Assembly: GCA_003971905.1 (NCBI GenBank) | Contig: RSEE01000003.1 | Coordinates: forward strand, 806,001 to 870,000 | Reading direction: 5' to 3' | Source of the DNA: Moniliella sp. 'wahieum' | Taxonomy: Eukaryota | Length of the DNA: 64,000 nt | Shown here: in pieces, positions 52,053 through 64,000 of the stretch | How the letters are laid out: each line of letters starts with the position of its first letter | Position numbering within the stretch: the first letter of the stretch is position 1 | Notes under the pieces: generated by a model | Database searches by the model: none | Told to the model about the DNA's origin: nothing | Seen by the model: the letters and a program-made list of their open reading frames with translations, nothing else | Program-made: the position numbers and the translations under genes

Positions 52053-55000
52053 TTGTGCCGGTTTCACGGGCCGTGGTAACCCAGTACATTACGTGGCCAT
52101 TATGTGAAAACAGTGAGAACAGTGCTGCTGTCAATTGGGGGGAAAAGCGAGCTGTTCCACTTCTCTTTTCCGTCTCGCCTCTCCATTTATCTCTGTGTTT
52201 CTTACTCCCGACTTGTTCCCATGATTACTACTGGTATAGTATACTGTGGATTATAATAGTTCGAGGAGAAGAGGATGCGCATGCGCCAGGGCACGGGTTG
52301 CTCGGCTACACCTGGCAACGCCAGCAAGCCCGTAGTTTTATACACCCACAACATAAGGGATGCATACCGAGATGGACAAATCAATAACCGAGAGATATAA
52401 GGTGTGCAAGTCGTCGTGAAAGTTGTCGTGCTGTGGAAAGAAAGTGGCAAACAAAAGGTGTAGTGTGTGGATGGACGACTTCTCATGGCGTCTTGACTGA
52501 GCCAGCCACATAGGCCATACACCACCCGTCATTTTGTACTTGATGTTCTCCGGTCATTACGATAGGAGGGCAATAGCAAACCGGGCTAACGCCCTTGCGT
52601 CTTCCACCACGTATTCGCCCGAGTTGCCTGAGGCTGAAAACGTGACGCCTCGTACCATCTTCATTTGTACCACGTTGTCTGCCCATTCGAGTGAGCGAGT
52701 GGGTACGGCAGCCGCTTGACGCTGACTCACGATCCAAACTTGAACATGGACCACGTTGCTCATGTTAGGGAAAGGGGATATATAGCTGCACTCGGTGACA
52801 AAAGAAACGTCCGGGAGGGGATATAGAGGCGAATATGCACCCACCAACAGAAATGGCTCCAGTGAGGGGCAAATAGCAAAAATCTGCAAGCTGCTATATT
52901 ACCAGCAGTAACTCTCCAGGTGGTGTGCGGAAAATCGTGCCCAGCAAGCAAAGGAAGGGTAGTGGCCGGTGACGCGAGATGCGGAAGCGTATATCTGCTG
53001 CCTGAAAAGAACAGGGTCAATGTGGTTAGTAGGATCAAATCAGGAGTAAATACAGCAAAGAGGTGGGGGAGGGGAGAGCTTACGAAGAGCGGGAGCGCGT
53101 CAGAAGCGCGATGGTGGAGGCACGGGAAGAAGAGGCTACTGCTGCATGGGGCAGAGAGAGGGGAGGACGACCGGGATGTGGTGAAACTGATGAGAAGTAG
53201 AGGGTGAGCTATTAATTAGTGGATGTCGACCATGGAATTCGGTATAGGATGGGAGTGTTGGGGATATAAGCGTTCTTCTTGTATGATGGCATATGCAAGT
53301 AACAGGTACTAATGGTAAGTAAAGGCGCATTATACGTGTGGCCTGTGCTGTGTTGCCGCACCATACGTCTCGCCTTCAGGCACACATGGAGGAGTGTTGC
53401 GGCGAAGGTACTATAGTCTCAAAAAAGCGTGCGATGATCGTTGATCGATGATCGATGATATGAGCGTGAGCTATATGCAAAACGGAAGAGACACACGGGT
53501 CCAAGACGTTCTTTGTACAGAGAGTGTATATATACACCACATAACGATGCCGCCCAGCCGATGTCGTCACATGTCATTGCACTCGACTAAGAGATCTGCT
53601 AGGTATTCCGTAGAGACTAGACACCTCGTTATATCCCTCTTTGCCATACCAGGAGACGGATGCTGAAGTGTGTGTGGATGCCATACTTATCACATGCGGA
53701 TGTGTAAGAAGATGAGAGCATGCCACAGAATCGCATAGACCCGTGATTAATTTGCCACACAAAAATGTAATTTTGGTTAGTATGGTACTAGCCCTGCCCG
53801 GTGCGGTGTGACCCGGTTTGCTCTCTCATATCAGATCTCATATGCAAGGCAGTGGATAAGGATGAGAACGCCTGAAACTTGTCTCGTTCAGGCCCGCTCA
53901 CAGGCACGCAACGACCCGCATGTGTGCGGCGCAGGCACGCGTTAGTCTCGGCAACCTTGCCAACAGCATAAAACAGTATTATATGTTGCCCCTACTAGCA
54001 ATTAGTAACTACGATATAGTAGTGGCATATAGTACCGTGTGGTGTGTAGAAAAGATATGGAAAAGCACCCTAGTACATGTGGCCATATCATGCATCATGT
54101 ATCAATGACCACTGTTGCGAGTGGTGCGTCTCGGACGTTTCGGCCGTTTGCGACGTTTCCATATACCCTGCCCTGCCCTGTCCCCTTCGCCCCCTCCCCC
54201 CCCATCGTGGGCAGCTTAAATACTGAATCACTCACCCTTTTTGGTCTCTGATGTTTGAAAGGGCACACTTCGTTTGCAACCAGGGACCATCGATGAACAA
54301 CAATGTATCATGGGATGTGGATGCATCAATGATGCACCCGCCTTTCCATCACCGCGGACAGTATACGAGAATGTGCCGGCGCTACTGCCCCCACACCTTG
54401 ACTCAAATCATTCTCTCTTTGACATGTTTGACAGGCGCCACACAGGGTGGCATGGTGACATGTGACACCTGTCACTGTGACATCGTGACAGGTGCCAAAA
54501 TCTGAAAGCCGGTCCAAGCGATAAACTACTTTTATTCATAGAGCTTAAGTAGGGCTGTGGATCAAAGAAACTAGAGAAAGCCGAGCGCAGCTCCCTCGTC
54601 CACACACACGCTTACGAATATTCACACAGCGGAGAAAGGGCGAAGAAGTAAGTCAAGCTCCTGTTGCGCATATCAAAAGACTTTATGCCTATAACCCTTT
54701 TTGCAGAGGTCAAGAGGCTGATATACTTTGAGAAGAACATCTCAGATCTCTCGGTCAGGGAGGTTATGGTCACCGGCCGCCTGTCCGTCTTCGAAACAGG
54801 AGAGGATCGAGACCCATGTAAGATCTGACCGGCAACTTGGCCTAAAAGAACCATTATGTTCGATCCGGCTTTACCCCTATTATATGTTCTGACCCTGGCG
54901 GGCTCCCCTCTCTTGGAATGGATCCATCATCTTATTATCCCTTGCTTGGCCCAACACGTTATATGTTACGCGTTACAAGAGGATTACCGACGCCTTTACC

Positions 55001-55869
55001 GCTTGCCGCGTATACCTGTTATACTACCAGGCTTTACTTCTGATCCGTTAAGAGGCCGAAGGAGACTCTGTGGAGAGAGATCTCGATCACATTGTACTCT
55101 TAGTGTTGGGACCCGTTTTGGCATTGAACACCGGGGTCTCTTCGGCGCAATACAGGCTATGCATTTGGTTTTTTGCCGGCTATATACCAGCTGTTCTAAG
55201 ATATAACCCCAATAACGTCCAGACCTACTTCGTTTGAAGCTTGAAGCTTGAAGCTTGACTGCGCGCCGGCAGGGCAGTGCAGCTGAGAGATGTCGTGTAC
55301 AGGGGGGGCACCAGCCACCGGGGACCGTATAGGGAGGAGGCCGGATAGGGCGTGGTATGCTCGCAGTTCCCGTGCCCGGCAATCAAGTGTTACGGTGATT
55401 ACGGTGACCGGTTCGGTAACCGGGTCGACATCTAATTCTATTGTGGGGCCGAGGCCCTGAGGCCGGAAAGACAGGGAAAGACCCTGCCGTCGCACCCTGT
55501 AACCGGTGACCCATACGCCACATGTCGCATGTCACATGTCACATGTCACACGTCATGCACCATGCATCGTGGTCACCTAGCCACTAGTCACTGGTCATGC
55601 GGACATGCAATAAAAAGGTCATGCTGATGCAGCTGATGGTAAGGGGTTTTATGTCGCCGCGGTGTGGAGGACGAGAGAAAAATGATTAAAATGAGGAAGA
55701 GAGAGATGGTTGGTGTACTAGTATTCCAAAAGGATTAGTATTCCAAGATGACATGTGACATGTGACAGGAGATGGAGATATGGGGCAAAGGATGCAGATC
55801 ATATTTGTGAGACGAGGCGAAAGGAGGCGAGATTGAGGTATATATATGCCTCGGAGAGAAGAGACCTAG

Positions 55870-56320
55870 TCACCTTCTGGAGTAAGAAAGGGGGCATATA
55901 CAAAGGGGAAACAGGGCCTAAAACAAATCAAAGGGTCCCGCCAACCTGGCGACTGCGCGTGTGGTCAGATCCCCACCCAAGAAGAAGAGTCTCAACGGAG
56001 AGAAAGAAGAATACAGAGGGGAGAGAGCCGGACAAGAATGCATGATTACGAAATTCTGGCATATGCTGGTGGGAACAAGTGGGTTACTCTGGGCAGTGAT
56101 TTTCCATTGGATGATGAGCGCTGAGCAGAGGCCACTCACGGTTTATCGAGCTTGGGCGCTATTGACGCATCTTCCGAACGGAGAGGCAGTGGCGAGGTGT
56201 GAGGCCTCTTAATATTGGGGGCGTCGGCTCGCGTGGCAAGGTGTTGTGCATGCACCGGAACGAGCTGGAATATAGGCTCAGAACCTGAACGGTTGGTTGG
56301 AAAGTTGTCGCAGGAAAAGA
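55870..56320 (+). mobile_element. Degenerate Ty1/copia-like gag-protease remnant
   Basis: Colinear broken motifs: TFWSKKGHIQ (decayed CCHC knuckle), WV..SG (WxxDSGA-like, about 56080), LPNGEAV, QGVVHAPE, QNL and VGKLSQ, compared with the copia pattern VLHVPxLxxNLxSVxKL. Confidence 0.42.
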
Positions 56321-57891
56321 CATGATGGGACAGGTCCTACACAGAGCAACTCAACTAACTGGATATCAACGACAACAACGGATGGCCGCTCGAAATGATA
56401 CTGGAAAAAGACCACAAGAAGTGGTCGCTGGAAGCTGGCCTCTGTGGAACTCTACAGTGATGTGGTGAACTAAGAGTAACGCGGTGTGCTGGTGGGGTGG
56501 GGTAAGGATGGATTGGCAAAAGATAAGGCGAAACAGGAAAAGAAGACGAACCGACCCGCTAGAGGGGGAAAGGGGACATGAATCAAGGGTCATACAAGAA
56601 GGACCTATATAAGGAAAGGCAGGAACGCAACGAAGAAGAAAGGGGAAGAGATAAGTCAGTGGCCCTCGTCAGACTCACACGTCGTGCTAGGCGGGGGCTT
56701 GACCCACTATTAGGCCGCGGATTGGCACCATATGGTGGCGTGGGATCCTATCAGGTTAATATACTGTGGTGTCCACTCTGGACTGTGCCCCTCCCTTATC
56801 GGCCGTACGACAGTGATTCGAGATCCTATAGGTGCAAAGATCCATGGGACTGAGGATGCTCCGTTTAGACGCAATGAAGAGTGCATGTGTTCGCTCACCG
56901 TTCAGACAAGTCAGCGTAGTCTTCTATCGATGTAGACCTATAGCCCATTCAGGTAAGGAAGACAAAAAGGGGACAGGAGGCTCGGACTACGGGGTGGTCA
57001 CCCGCCGTCGCCCGCCCTTGACAGTCACACCTATAGGGGGCCAAATAAAAGCTTGCGAACCGAACCGCATCGGGAATAATTAATGACACGGATATACATA
57101 TAGTGCACCTACCCATATAGTACGAAGTTGATCGAGGAAACGGACCATTATATATCTCAGTGGACAGCCATTACTGCATTCAGTCAGCTCATTTTACATC
57201 CCCTTTGTCGCGGGAAACGTTGGGGTCTGGCGGTAGTTCGGTGGTAGTTAATACGGCGTTTTCCGGATTGAATCTGTATGAATCCCCCCCTTCCTTTGTT
57301 GCTTTCGTGGCTGCTGTCGCCGTGGCATGCGCGTCAGCTCCGAAGCTCTCAGCGCCAGGGAAAGCGCATCATCCTCTTCCGCGGATGCTACGGCGTGTGG
57401 CAGGCGGACTGGATGGTCGGGTGCTGAGGTGCATTGATTGAGGGAGGAGGCCTGCGGGTGGCTGGACCAGGTGGAGAAGTTGGTCCGGCGTGCATTTGGG
57501 GCTGGTGATGGTGATGTGGAGAGGGACGAAACGGGTTGTGGCATCAAGCTACCAAAGTTAAAGTGGCCCTTGAAGACATTGAAATTGCAATGGGCGTGTG
57601 GAGGGGCGGGACGGCTGAGGTAAGCGCTGCGCCGACGCGCGCAAGGGGGGGGGGAGCCAGTGGGGCAGGGGTGGCGCAGGCAGGCAGTGGTTGCGGTGGG
57701 TGGGTGTGGTTAGGTGGTAGCGGCGCTGGTAGAGCTAGGGAGGGCAGCGCCGCGCCTCGCTTCGATCTGCGGAGGCGGTGGCTGAGCGCGGATCGGGCGG
57801 CGGAGCGCTGATCGCTGGTCGCTGATCGGTGGGGTGGTCGGTGGGCGGGTATAGCGTCCGAGGCAGACGAGAGGCACAGCCAGGATCCGCA

Positions 57892-60800
57892 ATGCGAGAT
57901 CGAGCATGCTGGGCAACCAGCGCAGGCTGCTGGCTGCTGGCCGACCGACTAGCTCCACCCACAGCCCCCCCGCAGACCCACGCGACTTGCTCGGCGGCGC
58001 TCGCTGCACCCACACCCACCACCCTCCACATCCCCTCCATGCGCCGTCTGTGGCGCGCATCAGCGGGCCCTCGGACAAGCACCACGACAAGCCCCCCGCC
58101 AGGCCGCCCGACAGCCCCCCTGCCCCCGCCCCGCCCCGCGCGCTAGCGTTGACCAGCCGCTGCCGGGCGCGTGGACGGCATCTCCCCCTCCTACCCACCC
58201 GCAGCCAGCGGCTGCCCCCCCGCCCCCCGCCTTGCCACCCCCGTCGTCGCGCGCTGCAGCAGCACCCGATCCACCCCCCACCGTCCTCCTCCTCCCTCTG
58301 CGCCCTCTGGCGCCCCTCCTGCCTCGGCCGCTCCCCGTGCTGAGGGCAAGCGCTCCGCCTCCGCCTCCGCCTCTGCCTCCGCCTCTGCCTCCGTCCCTCC
58401 ACCTGCACCTTCGCATGCACGCGCGAAGCAAGCCAACGGCACCAGCACCGTCCCTTTTGTCGCCTCCGCGCCGTCTTATTCCCCCCCGCCCCTCTCCCCG
58501 CCGCGTCCCATCCCGGAGCCGCCAACCGCCCTATCCACTCCCCACCTGCCCCCGCCCCCACCCGAAGAAGGCTCTCCACCCCCAGCCATGCCCAGATACC
58601 TCCCAATGCGGGGCCGCATTCATCCGCCAGCGCGGGGCTTGGCGGCCTGCCCAGTGCTCGCCGCAGCGCATCCAGTTTGGTCGGTTCTTTGGCACCCAGC
58701 ACCACCATTGGCCACCACCACCACCTCTTCCCCCCCTTGGCTCTCCGATACGCGTGCTCCCTTTGGGTGCTACTTGGGCCAACATTACCAACGCCGAGCT
58801 TGTCATGAACATTGGCACGCGCGAACGAACACGCCAAGAAGTCCTTTGGGAAATTGTTGCGAGTGAACAACGGTATGTGTCCCGCTCCTGCCCTGTTCCG
58901 CCCTCTATAGGCTCAATCCGATGTGCTGACTAAGTCGACTTACGATTGTGGGCATCAGGCATATTGATGAGCTTCTTCGTGCCCAGGACTTGTATATTCT
59001 CTTTCTGCTTCATCCTCGTCGCTTCACCCAACTTTCCCGTCCTTCTCCTTCCCCCAAGCAGCCTCATCCCCAGTCCTTGTCCACGACCATATCAGCCCCG
59101 GGTGGGAAACGCCTCTTTGGTCGAAGATCAGCAGGATCTGCACGGGTAGCGATAAGACTGAACCCAAGAAACCAGCCGGGCGCTCGTCCCAAGCGCGAAC
59201 ACCCAAGGACCCATTCGAACTGGGCATTTCTGTGCCCCTCCCATCTGCAGTGCGTTCGGTACTGGAAGCCATCTCCGGACCGGACGGACTCGTCGCTGTG
59301 CACACCTCTCTTGCCACGGCTTTGCGACAACGGTACGAAGCGCAGTACCCTCTTGTTCGTTCTTTGGCCGATGTGTTCACCTCGCATGCACGCCCCCTAT
59401 TGGACGCCTACACTGCCTACGCTGTCTCCCTTGGCCTTGCCTTGACCCAGCTAGACGAAGCACGGCTAATGGCACGTGCGTTGCGCGGCAAAACTCTCCG
59501 CAAGGAAGCGCAGGCTCTGACGGACACTGTCTTATTGGGTCGGGCGGTGGCTAAACTCGAAGCTGCTGCAGCGGGCCAGCGGCGATCCGCGGCCCCTGGT
59601 AGTCCTAACGGTATCTCTACTACCGCACCTAGTCTTTCTGTTGCACTAGCTCGGCCATTGCAACGCTTGCTCAAATACCCTCTTTTGGCTCAAAATTTGC
59701 TTTTTCAAACGGATCCAAGCACTGCCGAGTTTGAAGCAACAGTCGACATGGTGACTGATATCGAGGCCTTGGTACGCGCCAAGTCCAAGCCCAAAAAGTT
59801 TCGGCTGATGCGTTAGATGCCACATTGGATGCCATGGCCCGAATCGAAGGGATCACGGACCGGAAACTGCTCAAACCCTCGGACACTAGGACCTTAGTTA
59901 CCGAGACCCCTGTTTATCACTCTCCCTCGGGCTGAATCGACGGGTTCCTCAACCCCCGTCATCCCTCCCCGGAATGACTCCAAACAAGTTCCATCTCCCT
60001 CCAGCTCCAATTCAGCTACAAGCAGCTTACAAACCCAATTACGTTCCACCATCAAGACCAAGCGCTCCTTCCGCCGCTTGTCTGATCTGCTCGATCATCC
60101 TGCTCCTGTTGCTTTGCGTCAAAGGGAAGATAGCCTACCCGGTCCCGCTGCACCCATTCAAGTGGCGGTGGCGTTCTCTCCCGCCTTAGGCCAAGGCCTT
60201 CTGGGCGCGTTTTTGACGACGGAGAGTGGGGCGGGAAAGACACCCACCTTGGGTAGCAAACGGGACATTTGGAGCGTCAAGTTCTCCGATGTGGAGCTAC
60301 GCTGCCAACGCATCGGAGTCACAACATTACCAATGGCCAGCTCAGTTGCCCTTCGTCCCCTGGCTCAGAGTCCATGGGGGCCGAATCTGCAACGCGACGC
60401 GCCAAGGAGAGCAAGGATCGCCTCAAGGCTTTGCGCACCGAGACGCTGCGTACCCCCTCGCGCAACTTGTACAAGTTTATTGGGTAGTGGCGTGGCACAA
60501 GTCACCTGCTTCGGCTCCTCCGGCGCCGGCGACCGAGATGGAGGAAGCAGCGACGCGTTCAGCTCTGCTCGCCGGTGCTGCTTGGCCATGGGACTTGCAT
60601 GACGCGCTGGAGGAGGAAGAGAATGGGATGAGTCGGTGGATGGGGGGTCGGAAGGGTCAGACCTAGACGACATCGAGTCGGATGCTGATCTCGGTCCTAT
60701 CCTCCCGCGCGGGCTGGAGACTCACTCCTCCTCCGTCCCGAATCGGAGGAAGATGTGAGCGAGGTGCTGGCTACGTCGGACCCCGCCCCTGGCGGCTCGG

Positions 60801-61066
60801 ACCCAACATTAACGACCTGGCCCGCGATCCGCGATATCGATGAAGAACTGATCCCTCCCTCTCGTCATGCCCCACGGACTTTCTCTACTACGACGACTTG
60901 CAGTGCTGCGCCTTCTACATCGAGTACGGTAGCCAATCAGGAGATGGATATGCAAGCAGTCGCCATGCGACTGCAGCTCAAAGCTCGGGCCAAGTTTGCG
61001 AATCGGCTGCGGGAGCACCCCCAACCTGGCTCCCACCAGAATCCGACCCAAGCTTCGCGCGTTTAA
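57892..61066 (+). CDS. Dbl-homology (RhoGEF) domain protein
   Basis: ERTRQEVLWEIVASEQR|HIDEL, YEAQYPLVRSLADVF and LARPLQRLLKYPLLAQNLLFQTDPSTAEFE are DH-domain conserved regions; a PH-like segment (IWSVKFSDVELRCQRIG) follows. Intron 58873-58958. Start approximate. Confidence 0.85.
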
Positions 61067-62774
61067 CTTCTGCTTTATAGGTCTTCCTGTTCCTGCCGTG
61101 CCAGGTACCGGTTAGCCTGCTTTGCCTTTACCCTGTTTTTACCCTCCCTTACCCTGCTGTGTTCCCCCTGCTCCTCCCTGTCCAACCCACCCCTGTGCGC
61201 TCTGATACCTCTGTTTTCATTATCGCCTCCGGGAACTGAGCTTACCCGTTCGTTCTGGCTGTCCTGCCCTTGTCTCGGGCGGCAGCGCAGCTTGTGTGTG
61301 TCTACTGGTAGGTAGGGTGTCTGTCGTTGCCCGCTCTGTCTGAGCACGATCTCATCGTTCCTCCTTTGGCACCGTATGGATGCGTTCTATGGACAGAAAC
61401 CCCACACGTCAGTAGTACCCATGACATAGATGTTTGGAGGGTGCGTATCGTTGTCCCGAGTGTTTGTTGGACGGGGGAAGGGCGGTCAGTATGGGCCATG
61501 GGCCATGGGCCATGCGTCATGCACCATGGTATGCACGATGTAGTAACACAGGGCCTCGCGTGCCGGACCAAGGTCGGCAGGTACCAGGTTCACAGGGAAC
61601 ACATGCTCCAACGTTCTTTTTTGTAGCGTGGGTCCTCCAGCCACGTTCGAATCTAGTCCCGACCCAGTTCCAGCTGTAGCAGTTTGGTTCTTCGCTTCCA
61701 CGCACCCAGTCTCTGTGAGCCCGAAGGCTTCAGACGCGTTACTACGGCCCCCGGTGCGGGCAGCCTTGCGGCCTTCGCAGTCCCAGCTGAGGCCGCTCCT
61801 TGTCCCTAGTTCCGCTCCGATCCACCAACTGGAAGCAGTTGACGGGCGAGATTTGGAACTCTATAAGGGATTGTACCCCTAACCCCCCGGCTGGGTCGAA
61901 GCAGTTGACAGGGCCCTCCCATGACGCAAACGGATTAACGCGGGCATGATACCCAGATAGGTAGAGAATGGCTCTCGTCTTGAGAGAGATCCACATACGT
62001 TGTAATGATCCAGGCCGAAGGCAAGGGTCCCCGCTCCACACGTTCGTTTTGCCTGGGATTCACTGCGGCGAGTCAGAAGAGCAGGCCCTCGTAGTATGAG
62101 CCTCTAAATAGACTATACGGAGATTTACATTGTGCGCACCTTCCTCCTCGGTTCCGCAGTGGCAGGTGCCTACGAAAGGCGTGTGCTGAATGAGGTGGAG
62201 AATAGGGAATGTGGTACTGAGGAGAGGTACAGGCTATGAGAAGGGTGGGGCCTTATATTGCCAATGAGGGTACCGGGGAACAGAAGAACGACTGGGGTGC
62301 AGTGATAAGAGATGTGTGTCTAATAGATATTATCACGCAGGATGTGGCGTTTTGGGGTCATCGCCGCAACAGCCCACCAGGACTGGGTAGGGACGAGGCG
62401 AAGAAGAAGAATGGGCACCAGCAGGGATGCCGTGGTCCGAGCAGAGTGTAACCCAGTCTTCATTCCTGGATCAACTTCTTTCTCTTCTCTCGCGCTTTTC
62501 CCTTTTGCCATATATGTGGTCTGTGTTTGTCCGCCCCCGGAACAATCATGTGCAGAAAGACCGTAAACAGTAAATGTCTAGAAGTACATCTGCATGTATA
62601 GTCTCACACCACTGCTACAATTGAAAACAAATACGGCAGAAGCCTCTACAACCACTTAAGTGCTTGTCTTTTAAGCATGTCCTGTGTGACATGTGACGTT
62701 CGGTTCTATATGGTGCGAACAGGGCCAAGGAATGAGGCTTACGTTTAAGCTGTTTAAAAACCCTAAGACTCCCT

Positions 62775-62829
62775 ACTAAGTACTAAGGCCTAAGGGGCCT
62801 AAGGCCTAAGGGGCCTAAGGCCTAAGGCC
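62775..62829. repeat. (CCTAAGG)n palindromic heptamer array
   Basis: Five CCTAAGG units, two separated by GG, preceded by ACTAAGT and ACTAAGG. Confidence 0.9.
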
Positions 62830-64000
62830 CGATGCTGATTTGAGGAGAAACGGCAGATTGTGGCAAAATTGTGGTTCGCGCGGGGATAAAGGAGAGAGAG
62901 AAACCTTAATTGAGACATGTATACCCGGAATGAAGTCAAAGTGGAAGAGCGAGAAGCGGAAGGCACGAAGCGCGAGGCGCAGATGACTGTGTTGGAGTGT
63001 TGGAGGAAGGATGCAGCGAGGACGGGTTCAGATAAGGGAAAATGCCATGCAGAAGTGGGCGGGGAAACCATCAAGTGAGTCATGCGTGACGCGTATGACA
63101 TGGGAGCCAACTTCAAAGTCTGTGTGGTTCCAATAAGGAAAGTTCAACATGCCACCAGAGTTGGACAACATTCCTCTGATAGCGCTTCTCCTCAGGGGCC
63201 TCAGGGCCTTAGGCCTCTTCACTACACACACAACCCCCCAAAAAGTTGTTTCAATCTTAGCATGTTGTATCCGTTCAAAAAAGAACTTTGTGAAGATCTT
63301 TTTAGAAGCGCGAGAAAATAGAAAAGAGCATTGAGGAGACTGTGTTCGTCATATGGCCGTCGGTGATCGATGACGGTCACTAGGTCACTGACCGCCACAG
63401 TTCCATACACGCACAACCTCATATATGTCAGTGTTACTCTCTAGGTCTCTCTCAGAGTTTAGACGTCTCCGTCACTAGCTTCACTCCATAATCGGCACAC
63501 GCGGAACTTACGCACCGTGTCCGCCAAAAGTACATACATCTTTTGTGTTGTGTCCCGTGAGATTTTAGGCCTTAGATATGTGGAAGGTCGGCTGCCCTCT
63601 GTTGTGTTATGAGCGCAGAGCATGACATTGTTGTCGTTTTACCTGCCTGCCACTGCACAATTGAACAGGCGAGGCAGGTGGCACACTGCCCCCGTGCGAA
63701 GGTGGCGGAGCACGGGCAAATGCGTGATTATATAACAAGCAAGAAATAGTCTTGTCTCGTTATTTTCGCTTTATATATATTCCAGCGGTCCGCACGGACA
63801 TTGCTGTGGTTGCCGCCCCCCACCCCCCCGTGCAGCAGACCACCGCTGGTGTTGATGCGAACACCACTGCGCTCAACATGTCAACTGCCACCATCGCCAC
63901 CGCCCCCTACTCGCCCAGTTCCCTCACCCCCACGGCGGCCTCGTCCCTCCAACACCGTCGACTAGTAGTACTAGTACACCTGCCGGTACACCCAACCCTG

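Noticed and set aside
54600..55210. Possible decayed MULE-type transposase fragment
   Set aside because: Only vague resemblance across broken frames; no catalytic motif or TIR could be supported by eye.
61740..62040. WEGP motif on the minus strand suggesting a retroelement integrase tail
   Set aside because: A single 4-residue match without supporting upstream motifs.
62760..62830. Telomeric repeat
   Set aside because: The unit CCTAAGG is self-complementary and short, not a strand-biased TTAGGG tract; better explained by the heptamer class.

Overview
Eukaryotic, GC-rich fungal genomic DNA. Short GT-AG introns with CTRAC branch points, intron-containing tRNAs and the gene content suggest a basidiomycete, probably Ustilaginomycotina (inference). 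Almost every gene, including HSP70, PEP4, URA6 and COQ5, is broken by 1-bp indels, mostly in homopolymer runs, which fits an unpolished long-read assembly, so gene models were stitched by eye across frames. Recognisable genes: two secretory LIP-family lipases, a class I/II aminotransferase head-to-head with DUG2, a TTC1-like TPR protein, cytosolic HSP70, SND2/TMEM208, SEC14, a SABATH-like methyltransferase, PEP4, URA6, COQ5, a DH-domain RhoGEF, several hypothetical proteins and four tRNAs (Gln-CTG, Asn-GTT, Leu-CAG, Arg-CCG). Most notable observations: (1) intergenic DNA repeatedly carries short arrays of 7-bp odd palindromes of the form XY-TNA-Y'X' in at least nine different sequence versions; (2) a four-copy tandem array of a PY-motif, Tubby-C/LURP1-like gene in which copy 2 is a copy 1/copy 3 chimera, with the crossover mapped to a 55-bp interval; (3) an internally deleted PTC5-like relic; (4) a URA6 gene with no in-frame AUG; (5) a GC-AG intron; (6) a decayed copia-like relic. 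No CRISPR array or prokaryotic system was seen.
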